Source: Patescibacteria group bacterium
Lineage (GTDB): Bacteria > Patescibacteriota > Patescibacteriia > UBA9570 > JAHJKD01
NCBI GenBank assembly: GCA_043798935.1
Contig: JAZDOC010000017.1
Location: forward strand, 381 to 64,380
Reading direction: 5' to 3'
DNA: 64,000 nucleotides
How positions within the stretch are numbered: the stretch's first letter is position 1; every line of letters begins with the position of its first letter. A program made the translations under genes and the position numbers. The notes below the pieces were generated by a model. That model was not told the DNA's origin. It saw only the letters and a list, made by a program, of their open reading frames with translations, and searched no databases. Below, one piece after another: positions 12,452 to 22,662 of the stretch.

Positions 12452-14848
12452 ATGAACGTTGATCGTGAAAAAAGAAGAGAAATAGAAACAGAAAGAGAAA
12501 AGCGCAATGAAGTGGTGCGTATTTTTTTATTTCAGTCGCGCTCTGAACACGATATTCGTGATGATGAGAATTTGAAAGAAATACAGTTTACAAATTTGGT
12601 TTTAATTAAAAAAAGCAAGGATGCAAATAATCCTAATCAGCTTATGCCGGTAGGTGGAGCAGTTGAAAAACGAGAAACCGCTGTGCAGGCCGGTAGACGT
12701 GAAGCAGTTGAAGAAACTCATTTGCGACCACCGCTTCATACGGTTATAGAAATGCAAGCTCAGCAGGATTATGATTTTTATCATCATAAAAAACAGCAAA
12801 CAGTTTATAATCACTCCAAATTTTTAATTGGTCGTTTATTACCGGCTCCGATGGATGTGCCTTTCCAGCTTTCCCCAAAAGAAGATAAAATCGATTCTTT
12901 TCTACATTTATCATTCGAACAAGCGCAACAACTTTTAAATACGGGTCGTCTGCAGACAGATGATACTGTCGAGTGTACATTGTTAGATAGCTTATCGCCA
13001 GATGCCAGAGATAGGGTAAAATCTCGAACCCATATAAATGATCAAGAAGTTAGTGGTGTTAGAAACGAATTATTATTTCATTTTCAGCGCGTCGAGGCTG
13101 CTAAAAAAATGGATGTATTATTATCCTTAATGTTACATAAATTACCGACTGCTAAAAAAGATATAGCCATTAAACAAGATGCCCAGCAACGCAATGAAAT
13201 AATTCGCATGGCTCGACAGCAGAAAGCCGAACTGGAATTATTCGAAAATGAAATGTCTGAAAATGAGCAACTAACTTTTCCGGAAAAATTTGAACGCGCT
13301 AGTAAAGCTATCGATGAAGCGAATCGTATTTGGAAAGCTTTAGCTCATCATTTTACAGCTAATGATATCCGGCAGGCTTTAAAGTATGACAATCTACAAG
13401 TTAAGATTGAAAATGCTACGGAAAAGTTTAATGAAGAAACCGGCCACGGCGTTCCGACAATAGATTTCGTATTGCCTTTAATATTAGGTAGAGAAATTGA
13501 TAGTAGCGAATTAAAAATCATCATGAAAAATTCGCATGCCAGAAGAGTATTGCGTATGATGAAAGCAATTGGTGATGCCAGAAGACAAGGTATTACAGAC
13601 GGGCAAGAAATTATAGGCAGATTATCCTATCGTGATCCCGAACATCCAGAGATCGAACCATTATTAGATGTGCCGAAAACATATTTTGAAGTTCACAAAG
13701 GTAAAATTGATGGAAAAAAAGAATTTAATTTATCGGTTGCCGGAGTTTTGGTGGATGAATTTTTTAAAGAATGGCAACAAGCAGATACAAAAGTTAAATT
13801 TGTGGATCAATTAAATGAAATCAAGGGTGCAGATTTAATACAAATTTTTGAATACGCTATTGGTAATATTCCGGATAAAATTGCAAAAAAAATATTGCGA
13901 CGACAAAAATATGACAGTTTAGATAGAGCGCGAAACATTTTACAATGGGAAGCTAGACGAAAATTAGCAGCTATATTTTTATTAAATGAAAGCATACGTG
14001 TTCATAATCATGTACTAGAAAGAGGCATAGCACCGATCCGTGAGTTAGAAGAAGGTTTGGTTGAAGCAAAGGCCGCTGAATATGGGGGCAGTTCAATATC
14101 TATGCAACTTTTCTTAGAACAAGCCAGCACTGATGATAGACACGGCGCCTTAGGTTTTCACAAAGGTTATAAAAATGTTTTAAGATATGAACGAGTAAAA
14201 TCATTGCGCGGTATATTAAGAAAAATAATTGTGCGCGATCAATTACCCGAAGAAGATGTGAGTGGTGATATTGATGGTGATGCTTTTGCAGAATCGTATT
14301 TTTTTGAAGGTAACTATGAAGCCAAAGATTTAGAAATTAAAGAGTATTGTATTCCATACGACGATAATTTAGTAGATGATGAATTTGACACAGATGAGCG
14401 TAAACGATTTGTAGTTCGTGACAGAACTGGAAAACAGCTTGATAAAATATCTGCCCCGCAAATTATAGCTGATTTTATTAAAACTTTATTAATTAATGGT
14501 CGTGGTCATGTTGAAATTGAGGCTTTTAAGCCATTACCACCAATTGGTCAAGCATTTGAAAGCGCTGGACCCGGAGGAGGAGGAAAGGTAAGATTTTGTA
14601 AATTTTATATTAAGCATGTCGATGAAAATAATGTTGCTAGATACCGCGAAGTGCATGTATATGTGCCTGACAGTAAAAGAAAAACTAAAGCTTATGACGA
14701 GTATGTCGACAAAATTCAAGACGATAAAGAATATCGTGTTCAGCGTTTGTTTATGACGCACGGTTTGCGGTCTATGATGGAATTACTTTTTCCGGCAGAA
14801 ATTTATGGTGATGATGTGAGAAAAATGTATGCCGGTCGAGCTGGATAA
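12452..14848 (+). CDS. 798-aa protein with N-terminal NUDIX domain and putative divergent RelA/SpoT-type nucleotidyltransferase domain
   Basis: NUDIX box GGAVEKRETAVQAGRREAVEETHL. C-terminal RVKSLRGILRK...D..A...REVHVY. Own promoter TTTACA-17-TAAAAT near 12373-12401. Confidence 0.6.
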   Translation: MNVDREKRREIETEREKRNEVVRIFLFQSRSEHDIRDDENLKEIQFTNLVLIKKSKDANNPNQLMPVGGAVEKRETAVQAGRREAVEETHLRPPLHTVIEMQAQQDYDFYHHKKQQTVYNHSKFLIGRLLPAPMDVPFQLSPKEDKIDSFLHLSFEQAQQLLNTGRLQTDDTVECTLLDSLSPDARDRVKSRTHINDQEVSGVRNELLFHFQRVEAAKKMDVLLSLMLHKLPTAKKDIAIKQDAQQRNEIIRMARQQKAELELFENEMSENEQLTFPEKFERASKAIDEANRIWKALAHHFTANDIRQALKYDNLQVKIENATEKFNEETGHGVPTIDFVLPLILGREIDSSELKIIMKNSHARRVLRMMKAIGDARRQGITDGQEIIGRLSYRDPEHPEIEPLLDVPKTYFEVHKGKIDGKKEFNLSVAGVLVDEFFKEWQQADTKVKFVDQLNEIKGADLIQIFEYAIGNIPDKIAKKILRRQKYDSLDRARNILQWEARRKLAAIFLLNESIRVHNHVLERGIAPIRELEEGLVEAKAAEYGGSSISMQLFLEQASTDDRHGALGFHKGYKNVLRYERVKSLRGILRKIIVRDQLPEEDVSGDIDGDAFAESYFFEGNYEAKDLEIKEYCIPYDDNLVDDEFDTDERKRFVVRDRTGKQLDKISAPQIIADFIKTLLINGRGHVEIEAFKPLPPIGQAFESAGPGGGGKVRFCKFYIKHVDENNVARYREVHVYVPDSKRKTKAYDEYVDKIQDDKEYRVQRLFMTHGLRSMMELLFPAEIYGDDVRKMYAGRAG

Positions 14849-14951
14849 TTAATAGTTTTTAATACTTTTACATTTTTAAAATAACGTGCTATATTGATAT
14901 AGGATTTCCGCCTCCCAACTGGCGGATTTAATATGTGTAAAAATAGCTATA

Positions 14952-15794
14952 ATGGCCATCATTGTTAACGGTCCACAAATTGCTGCCAGTATTTACAACA
15001 GACTATCTAAAAAAGTCGTTAATTTAAAGAAAACAAAAATTACTCCTAAATTAGGAGTTATTTTAGTTGGCGCCGATAAGCCTTCGCAAGCTTATGTAAA
15101 AAAGAAAGGTCAAGCTGCTGAAAAAATAGGCGTGGATTTTTTATTGCAGATTTATCCAGCCTCTATTACCACGGCTAAATTAATCAGTGAAATTGAAAAA
15201 TTACAGGAGCGAAAAAATAAATTAACCGGTTTAATTGTTCAGTTGCCTTTACCAAAAAAAATTAACACGGGCAAAGTGCTCGAGGTAATTAATCCTAACA
15301 TAGATGTCGACTGCTTAACCCAGAAAAATTTAGGCAAGTTGCTTACCGGTAGTAATAAAATTGAACCGCCAACACCGGGGGCTATTTTAGAGATATTAAA
15401 ATATCATAAAGTAAACTTAAAAGGCACAAAAGTTTGCATGGTTGGCGCTGGTCAATTAATTGGTCGGCCACTGACTAATTTGTTGATGCATGAATTAGCC
15501 ACAGTTACAGTTTGTAATCAATACACAAAAAAATTAAAACAATATACTCAAACAGCTGACGTGGTTATTATGGGCGTGGGTAAATATAATTTATTAACCG
15601 GTTCAATGATAAAGAAAAACGCTGTCGTAATAGACGCAGGTGTGTGTTTTGTAAAAGAAAAAATGTATGGCGATATTCATTTTGCATCAGTAAGTAAAAA
15701 AGCTAGTTTAGTAACTCCAACTCCGGGTGGTGTGGGTCCATTAACAGTAGCTAAGCTTATCGAGAATACTGTGATTTGTGCTGAATCGGCTTAG
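14952..15794 (+). CDS. folD: Methylene-THF dehydrogenase/cyclohydrolase
   Basis: YVKKK, GLIVQLPLP, DVD, PPTPGA, VIDAG, TPTPGGVGPLTV. Confidence 0.95.
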   Translation: MAIIVNGPQIAASIYNRLSKKVVNLKKTKITPKLGVILVGADKPSQAYVKKKGQAAEKIGVDFLLQIYPASITTAKLISEIEKLQERKNKLTGLIVQLPLPKKINTGKVLEVINPNIDVDCLTQKNLGKLLTGSNKIEPPTPGAILEILKYHKVNLKGTKVCMVGAGQLIGRPLTNLLMHELATVTVCNQYTKKLKQYTQTADVVIMGVGKYNLLTGSMIKKNAVVIDAGVCFVKEKMYGDIHFASVSKKASLVTPTPGGVGPLTVAKLIENTVICAESA

Positions 15795-15860
15795 GTTAAG
15801 ATCTGATTAAGATGATGTTATGACCTGGCTTGCCCAGGTCAGAAATAAAAAAATAAATAA

Positions 15861-17180
<1,320 letters not shown>

Positions 17181-17188
17181 TAAATTTT

Positions 17189-18025
17189 ATGAATTACACT
17201 AAAATAAGAGATCAGGTCGTAGAACTTTACCGGCGTACTTCTTGTGATTTGCCGCGTGATGTTGAGCAAGCTCTTAAAGCGGCATGGCAGAAAGAAAACA
17301 ATGCCCAGGGAAAAAGTGTTTTGACTGCCATATTAAATAATATTAAATTAGCACGCAAACAAATGAAGCCCATGTGCCAGGATACCGGCATTCCGCTTTT
17401 TTATGTTCAATATCAAAGAAATAAATATTCGCATTTAAAGTTAAAGCGAGCCATTAAAGACGCAACTAATATTGCTACTAAAGTGGTACCACTAAGGCCT
17501 AATGCTATTGATTTTGAAACCGGTGAAGCTATTGGAAATTATCCGATTATTTATTTTAAAGAAGCGAATAAAACTCAGATTACACTTTTATTAAAAGGTG
17601 GTGGTAGTGAAAATGTTTCAGCCGTGTATCAATTGCCGAATTTAAAAATTGGGGCCACAGGTCGCGGGTTAAAAGACGTGGAAAAAGCAGTCCTGCATAC
17701 AGTATATAAAGCGCAGGGAAAAGGATGTCCACCATATTTAGTAGGTGTAGCTGTTTGCGGTAATATTGAAGAAGCGGCATATCGTGCAAAAAACAGGCAT
17801 TTAAAAAAATTAAACGAAGTTAATCCGGTGACTAAATTTGCTCGTTTTGAAAAAGATTTATTAAAGAAAATTAATGAGTTAAGCATCGGGCCTCTAGGAT
17901 TAGGCGGAACACAAACTGCACTCAGCTTAAAATTTACCGGTCGTTTCAGTCATCCCGCATCTATGTTCGTGGGGGTATCTTTAGGATGTTGGGCTATGCG
18001 TCGACGCACATTAAAGTTAAAATAA
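17189..18025 (+). CDS. Fe-S hydro-lyase, class I fumarate hydratase / tartrate dehydratase alpha subunit
   Basis: PMCQDTG, KGGGSEN, GCPP, GPLGLGG, HPAS, CWA.RR. Confidence 0.92.
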   Translation: MNYTKIRDQVVELYRRTSCDLPRDVEQALKAAWQKENNAQGKSVLTAILNNIKLARKQMKPMCQDTGIPLFYVQYQRNKYSHLKLKRAIKDATNIATKVVPLRPNAIDFETGEAIGNYPIIYFKEANKTQITLLLKGGGSENVSAVYQLPNLKIGATGRGLKDVEKAVLHTVYKAQGKGCPPYLVGVAVCGNIEEAAYRAKNRHLKKLNEVNPVTKFARFEKDLLKKINELSIGPLGLGGTQTALSLKFTGRFSHPASMFVGVSLGCWAMRRRTLKLK

Positions 18026-18030
18026 TTTTT

Positions 18031-18594
18031 ATGATAAAATTAACCACGTCATTAAATAAACAAGATATCAGTAATTTACATGTGGGTGATGAAGTACTAT
18101 TAAGTGGAACAATTTTTACGGCTCGTGACCGAGCATATAATGTACTGCTCGAAAAAAATTTTTCTAAAATTAAAGATCAAATTATTTATCATTCCGGTTT
18201 AATTATCAGAGAAACTAAAAATGGCTTACAGCCTATTTCAGCCGGGCCTACAACCAGCGCGCGGTTTATAGAACGCAGTATAAAGCTGATTAAAAAATAT
18301 AAAATCAAAGCTTTTATCGGTAAGGGTGGCATGGATACGCCGGAAATTATTGAAGCGTTTGAAAAAAATAATGTTGTTTATTTTGCCGCCGTGGGCGGTG
18401 CCGGCGTGTTGTATGCTAATGCGATTGTAAAAATTAAAAATGCTTATTTTAGAAATTTAGGCATGACCGATTCAGTTTTAGAACTGGAAGTAAAAGATTT
18501 TCCGGTCGTAGTTACTATGGATTCTCATGGTAACAGCATCTATAATAATGTTTATAAAAAATCTAAAAGTAAAGTTAGAAAATATTTAAAATAA
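18031..18594 (+). CDS. Fe-S hydro-lyase, fumarate hydratase / tartrate dehydratase beta subunit
   Basis: GDEVLLSGTIFTARDRA, AGPTTSAR, IGKGG, MDSHGNS. ATG at 18031 (5 nt after the alpha stop) preferred over 17986. Confidence 0.92.
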   Translation: MIKLTTSLNKQDISNLHVGDEVLLSGTIFTARDRAYNVLLEKNFSKIKDQIIYHSGLIIRETKNGLQPISAGPTTSARFIERSIKLIKKYKIKAFIGKGGMDTPEIIEAFEKNNVVYFAAVGGAGVLYANAIVKIKNAYFRNLGMTDSVLELEVKDFPVVVTMDSHGNSIYNNVYKKSKSKVRKYLK

Positions 18595-18597
18595 CTA

Positions 18598-18621
18598 ACC
18601 CCGGGCTTTATGCCCGTGGGT
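18598..18621 (+). repeat. TTTAT-loop bulged hairpin element
   Basis: ACCC-CGGGC-TTTAT-GCCCG-T-GGGT. Confidence 0.75.
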
Positions 18622-18635
18622 GTAGCGACAAATAA

Positions 18636-19757
18636 ATGAAATTAACGAAAAAGCAAATACTAAATTATCATCAAGGCGGTAAAATTGGTGTAAATATTAC
18701 CAAGTCTTGTGCGACACAGATAGATTTATCCATTGCTTATACGCCCGGAGTGGCAGTACCGTGTTTGGAAATCCAGAAAAATCCATCAGATATATATAAA
18801 TATACAAATAAAAAAAATAGCGTGCTCGTCGTGTCGAACGGAACGGCCGTTTTGGGTTTAGGGAATATCGGAGCGGCCGCTTCCAAACCGGTTATGGAAG
18901 GCAAATGCGTTTTGTTTAAAAAATACGCCGGCATTGATGCTTTTGATATTGAAGTAAGCGAAACCGATCCGCAAAAATTTGTGGAAATCGTTAGTAAAAT
19001 AGCGGTTGGTTTTGGCGGTATAAATTTAGAAGATATCAAAGCTCCGGAATGTTTTTACATCGAAAAGGAATTACAGAAAAAATTAAACATTCCGGTTTTT
19101 CATGATGATCAGCATGGCACAGCCATTATTTCCGGAGCAGCCTTGCTTAATGCTTTAGAAATAGTAAAAAAAGACATTAAAAAAATAAAAGTAGTTTTCT
19201 CTGGTGATGGCGCAGCTGGTACAGCATGCAAGAATTATTTTATTAAACTGGGAGTTAGCGCAAATAATATCAAAGTTGTAAATAAAGAAACCATTATAAA
19301 ACTTTCTGAATATATAAAAAATGCCGATGTATTCATGGGTTTGTCGGTCAAAAATATTTTGTCAGTTGAGATGTTAAAGTCTATGGCTCAAAATCCAATC
19401 GTCTTTGCCATGGCCAACCCGGATCCGGAGATCGAATATAATGTGGCCAAGCGTTCTCGTCCAGATGTAATTATTGCCACCGGTCGGAGCGATTACCCTA
19501 ATCAAATAAATAATGTTTTGGGCTTTCCTTATATTTTTAGAGGAGCGCTTGATGGTGAAGCTAAAAAAATCACGGAAAAAATGAAATTAGCCGCTACTTA
19601 TGCTTTGGCTGATTTAGCAAAAAAATCAGTTCCAACCAGCGTGCTTAAAGTTTATAAATTAAAATCATTAAAATTCGGACCAGATTATTTAGTGCCTAAA
19701 CCATTTGATCCGCGATTAAATAAATTTATTTCACAAGCAATCAAAAAAGCAATTTAA
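18636..19757 (+). CDS. Malic enzyme (MaeB-type catalytic part, no PTA domain)
   Basis: AYTPGVA, NGTAVLGLG, PVMEGK, INLEDI, FHDDQHGTA, ATGRSDYPNQINN. Confidence 0.95.
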   Translation: MKLTKKQILNYHQGGKIGVNITKSCATQIDLSIAYTPGVAVPCLEIQKNPSDIYKYTNKKNSVLVVSNGTAVLGLGNIGAAASKPVMEGKCVLFKKYAGIDAFDIEVSETDPQKFVEIVSKIAVGFGGINLEDIKAPECFYIEKELQKKLNIPVFHDDQHGTAIISGAALLNALEIVKKDIKKIKVVFSGDGAAGTACKNYFIKLGVSANNIKVVNKETIIKLSEYIKNADVFMGLSVKNILSVEMLKSMAQNPIVFAMANPDPEIEYNVAKRSRPDVIIATGRSDYPNQINNVLGFPYIFRGALDGEAKKITEKMKLAATYALADLAKKSVPTSVLKVYKLKSLKFGPDYLVPKPFDPRLNKFISQAIKKAI

Positions 19758-19761
19758 AATT

Positions 19762-21090
19762 ATGGCAAAAGCAAAACCAGCGCTATCAAGGAGAACAAGA
19801 GAAAGGCTAGCGGCTAAAGATGCTGAAAGAAGAGCTGCTCAACAAGTACCGCCGCAACATGACAAAGCCTTGCCAGACATGGTGGATTTAAGAAAGTTAG
19901 ATGTTCATCCCGGCATCAGAAATGAATTATTAAAAATCGGCAGTGATTTATTACGTTTTGAACCGGCGGCACGGCGGGCAAAATTGGAACATAATGAAAT
20001 GGCATTTTTAGGCATATTGGAAGGCGGCGGAATTTTAGGCGAACAGTTTATTGCCGATATTAAAAAATTAGGCGATGCATTGATCAGTGCAGTAGATAAT
20101 GATTTAAAGGCAATGGATAATCCGCGCGATAAGAATGCTGGCCGAGAAATTATTTCACAATTCAATAGACGTTTAAATGAATTACTGCAGGCAGTTTCGG
20201 GTATGCCGCTTTTAAAAATGAGTTTACGAGAGGCTGGTTTTTTTGCATTTCAAAAAGAAGCCTTGGATACTATTTTGAACAAACAAGATCCTCATCAACT
20301 AGCCGCAGTCAAAAGCTCGAAGCATAATTCCTATCGTTCCATTGTCGAAGCCATGGAAATGGGTTTTGCTTTAGAATTAACTAGAATTATAAAACGTGCT
20401 CCGGATGATGGAGCTGAAGTGCAGGCAATGATTGAAAAATATCGAGATATACGTTTTGCGCCTACTGGCCAAGGAGATCAACTGCATTATCGAGCCGTAG
20501 ATATTAAACCGTCTAAAGCGCATCCAGATAGCAAGCCAATAGTAACAATTGTTATGGGGGTGATGGAGAAACAATCAGCATTATCCATGGTGCGAGTCGA
20601 GATTGCGACCGAGGATATTAAAATATTATGTGAACTTTCCAGATTAACCGGAGAACTTTGTCCGGTGCATGCTTGTGTATATAATCTGCGTGAGTTATTA
20701 GGAACAAATTATGATATTCTTCGGGATATCGTTATTCGAATGGTTGATCGGCAATATAAAGAAGGTTTTTTAAAGCCCGTTGAACAACCGGAAAAAATAG
20801 TTGATCAAACAAAATCACAGGAAATGCCAGCTTTAGATCCGCGGGTTTTTAGCATTGCATTAAGGCGCTGTGGAGCTAATTTAGTTATGGAAAATGGATC
20901 ATTGTATTGGCGTTTAGATTCGCGACGGGTGCCAGCTTTAAGTGAAGATACAGCTACTTGGGTTTTTTGGCAAGAGATAGAGCAAACTTTGATGATTTTT
21001 AATATTGCGCTTGAAACATTTGTAAGTTATTTGCCTAGTCAACTAAGACAAGAATATTTGTCGAGGATGCAGAGAAAAAATACCGCATAA
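19762..21090 (+). CDS. Hypothetical protein with possible C-terminal HicA-like domain
   Basis: 442-aa ORF 4 nt after the malic enzyme stop. Residues from 20824 follow the HicA pattern but with GSL instead of GSH. Confidence 0.5.
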   Translation: MAKAKPALSRRTRERLAAKDAERRAAQQVPPQHDKALPDMVDLRKLDVHPGIRNELLKIGSDLLRFEPAARRAKLEHNEMAFLGILEGGGILGEQFIADIKKLGDALISAVDNDLKAMDNPRDKNAGREIISQFNRRLNELLQAVSGMPLLKMSLREAGFFAFQKEALDTILNKQDPHQLAAVKSSKHNSYRSIVEAMEMGFALELTRIIKRAPDDGAEVQAMIEKYRDIRFAPTGQGDQLHYRAVDIKPSKAHPDSKPIVTIVMGVMEKQSALSMVRVEIATEDIKILCELSRLTGELCPVHACVYNLRELLGTNYDILRDIVIRMVDRQYKEGFLKPVEQPEKIVDQTKSQEMPALDPRVFSIALRRCGANLVMENGSLYWRLDSRRVPALSEDTATWVFWQEIEQTLMIFNIALETFVSYLPSQLRQEYLSRMQRKNTA

Positions 21091-21141
21091 AGTAATTTTG
21101 TTAAAATAAATAAATATAATTATATTTAGTAAACAATAATT

Positions 21142-22116
21142 ATGGACAAAAAAGAAATTATTAAGCAAAATTTAAAGAATTGCTTAACCGAAACAAACTT
21201 TGCAGGCTTAGGCGGGTATCGTAAAGGAAAAGTTCGCGACCAGTATAAGCAGAGCGATAAAATGATTTTAATAACTACTGATCGACAGTCGGCTTTTGAT
21301 CGCATCTTAGCTTCCATTCCTTTTAAAGGGCAAGTGTTAAACCAAATATCAGCTTTTTGGTTTGAACAAACCAAAGATATTATAGGTAATCATGTAATTG
21401 AAGTACCAGATCCAAATGTTACAATAGGGAAAAAGTGTAAAGTATTTCCAGTGGAGATGGTAGTACGCGGTTATTTAACCGGTTCTACTTCTACTTCAGC
21501 CTGGATGGCATATTCTAAAGGGGATAGAGAGTTCTGCGGTAATACACTTCCGGAAGGAATGGTTAAAAATCAGAAATTTGCTGAGCCAATGATTACACCC
21601 ACTACCAAAGACGACGCGCATGATGAGAAAACTTCAGCCAAAGAAATTGTTGCTAAAGGAATAATGCCGGAAGAAAAATGGAACATTATAGCCGAGGCGG
21701 CGCTAAAAATATTTAAGCGTGGACAAGAGATTGCCGCCAAAAACGGATTAATTTTAGTTGATACTAAATATGAATTTGGCGAAGATGAAGACGGAAATAT
21801 TTTATTAATCGATGAAGTGCACACTCCGGATTCATCGCGTTATTGGCTAGCCGATACTTATGAAGCTAAATTTAATGCCGGGCAAGAGCCTGATAACATC
21901 GATAAAGAATTTTTACGTTTATGGTTTGTGGATCATTGCGATCCTTATAAAGATGAAGTTCTTCCTGAAGCACCCGAAGAGCTTGTAATTGAATTATCTT
22001 CAAGGTATATTCAACTTTATGAAATGATTACAGGTAAGGAATTTGAATTTCCTGAAACAGACATGTCGGTTCGGGATAGAATTATTAAAAATTTAGAAAA
22101 ATTTAAAATTAATTAA
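21142..22116 (+). CDS. purC: SAICAR synthetase (long ADE1-like type)
   Basis: GKVRD, TDRQSAFD, KGQVLN, EMVVRGY, DTKYEFG, DEVHTPDSSRYW. Confidence 0.97.
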   Translation: MDKKEIIKQNLKNCLTETNFAGLGGYRKGKVRDQYKQSDKMILITTDRQSAFDRILASIPFKGQVLNQISAFWFEQTKDIIGNHVIEVPDPNVTIGKKCKVFPVEMVVRGYLTGSTSTSAWMAYSKGDREFCGNTLPEGMVKNQKFAEPMITPTTKDDAHDEKTSAKEIVAKGIMPEEKWNIIAEAALKIFKRGQEIAAKNGLILVDTKYEFGEDEDGNILLIDEVHTPDSSRYWLADTYEAKFNAGQEPDNIDKEFLRLWFVDHCDPYKDEVLPEAPEELVIELSSRYIQLYEMITGKEFEFPETDMSVRDRIIKNLEKFKIN

Positions 22117-22125
22117 TAATAAAAT

Positions 22126-22518
22126 ATGAACAAAGCAATAATTATAATGGGTTCGGAATCTGATAAAGATTTTGTAGCCAAAATCACATCAAAACTAGAT
22201 GAACTAGGAACTATGCATGAAGAAAATGTGGCTTCGGCTCATAAAGAACCAAAAAAAGTTTTAGAAATTTTAGAAAAAAACAATGACAGCCAAGATAAAA
22301 TTGTTTATATTACCGTGGCCGGTAGAAGCAACGCTTTGTCTGGCTTCTGCGCTGCTAATGCTAAACAGCCTGTAATTGCCTGTCCGCCGTTTGCCACTAA
22401 AGAAGATTTTATGATTAATATCAATTCTACTTTGCAGATGCCATCTAATACGCCGGCGCTTACAGTAATTGATCCGGGTAATGCGGCTTTAGCGGTGAAA
22501 AAAATCTTGGATTTATAA
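22126..22518 (+). CDS. purE: AIR carboxylase, class II-like PurE
   Basis: IMGSESD, SAHK, VAGRSNALSG, PVIACPP, STLQMPS. GRSN and CPP are class II (PAICS/Treponema-type) features. Confidence 0.9.
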   Translation: MNKAIIIMGSESDKDFVAKITSKLDELGTMHEENVASAHKEPKKVLEILEKNNDSQDKIVYITVAGRSNALSGFCAANAKQPVIACPPFATKEDFMININSTLQMPSNTPALTVIDPGNAALAVKKILDL

Positions 22519-22530
22519 GATAATAAAAAC

Positions 22531-22603
22531 AGTGCTCCCAATAAATTGGGGGGGGCCTTTTGTTATTAATTTTAACTAGGTCATGAACTTATTCAGGGCG
22601 CTA
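22531..22603. repeat. Inverted doublet of related AATAAATT-core hairpins
   Basis: AGTGCTCCCAATAAATTGGG (+, 22531) and TAGCGCCCTGAATAAGTTCATGACC (-, 22579-22603). Confidence 0.55.
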
Positions 22604-22662
22604 GCGAGTTTTAACTTTTTTTGTTATAATATGCATGCTTAAGAAAAATAAATATAAATAAC

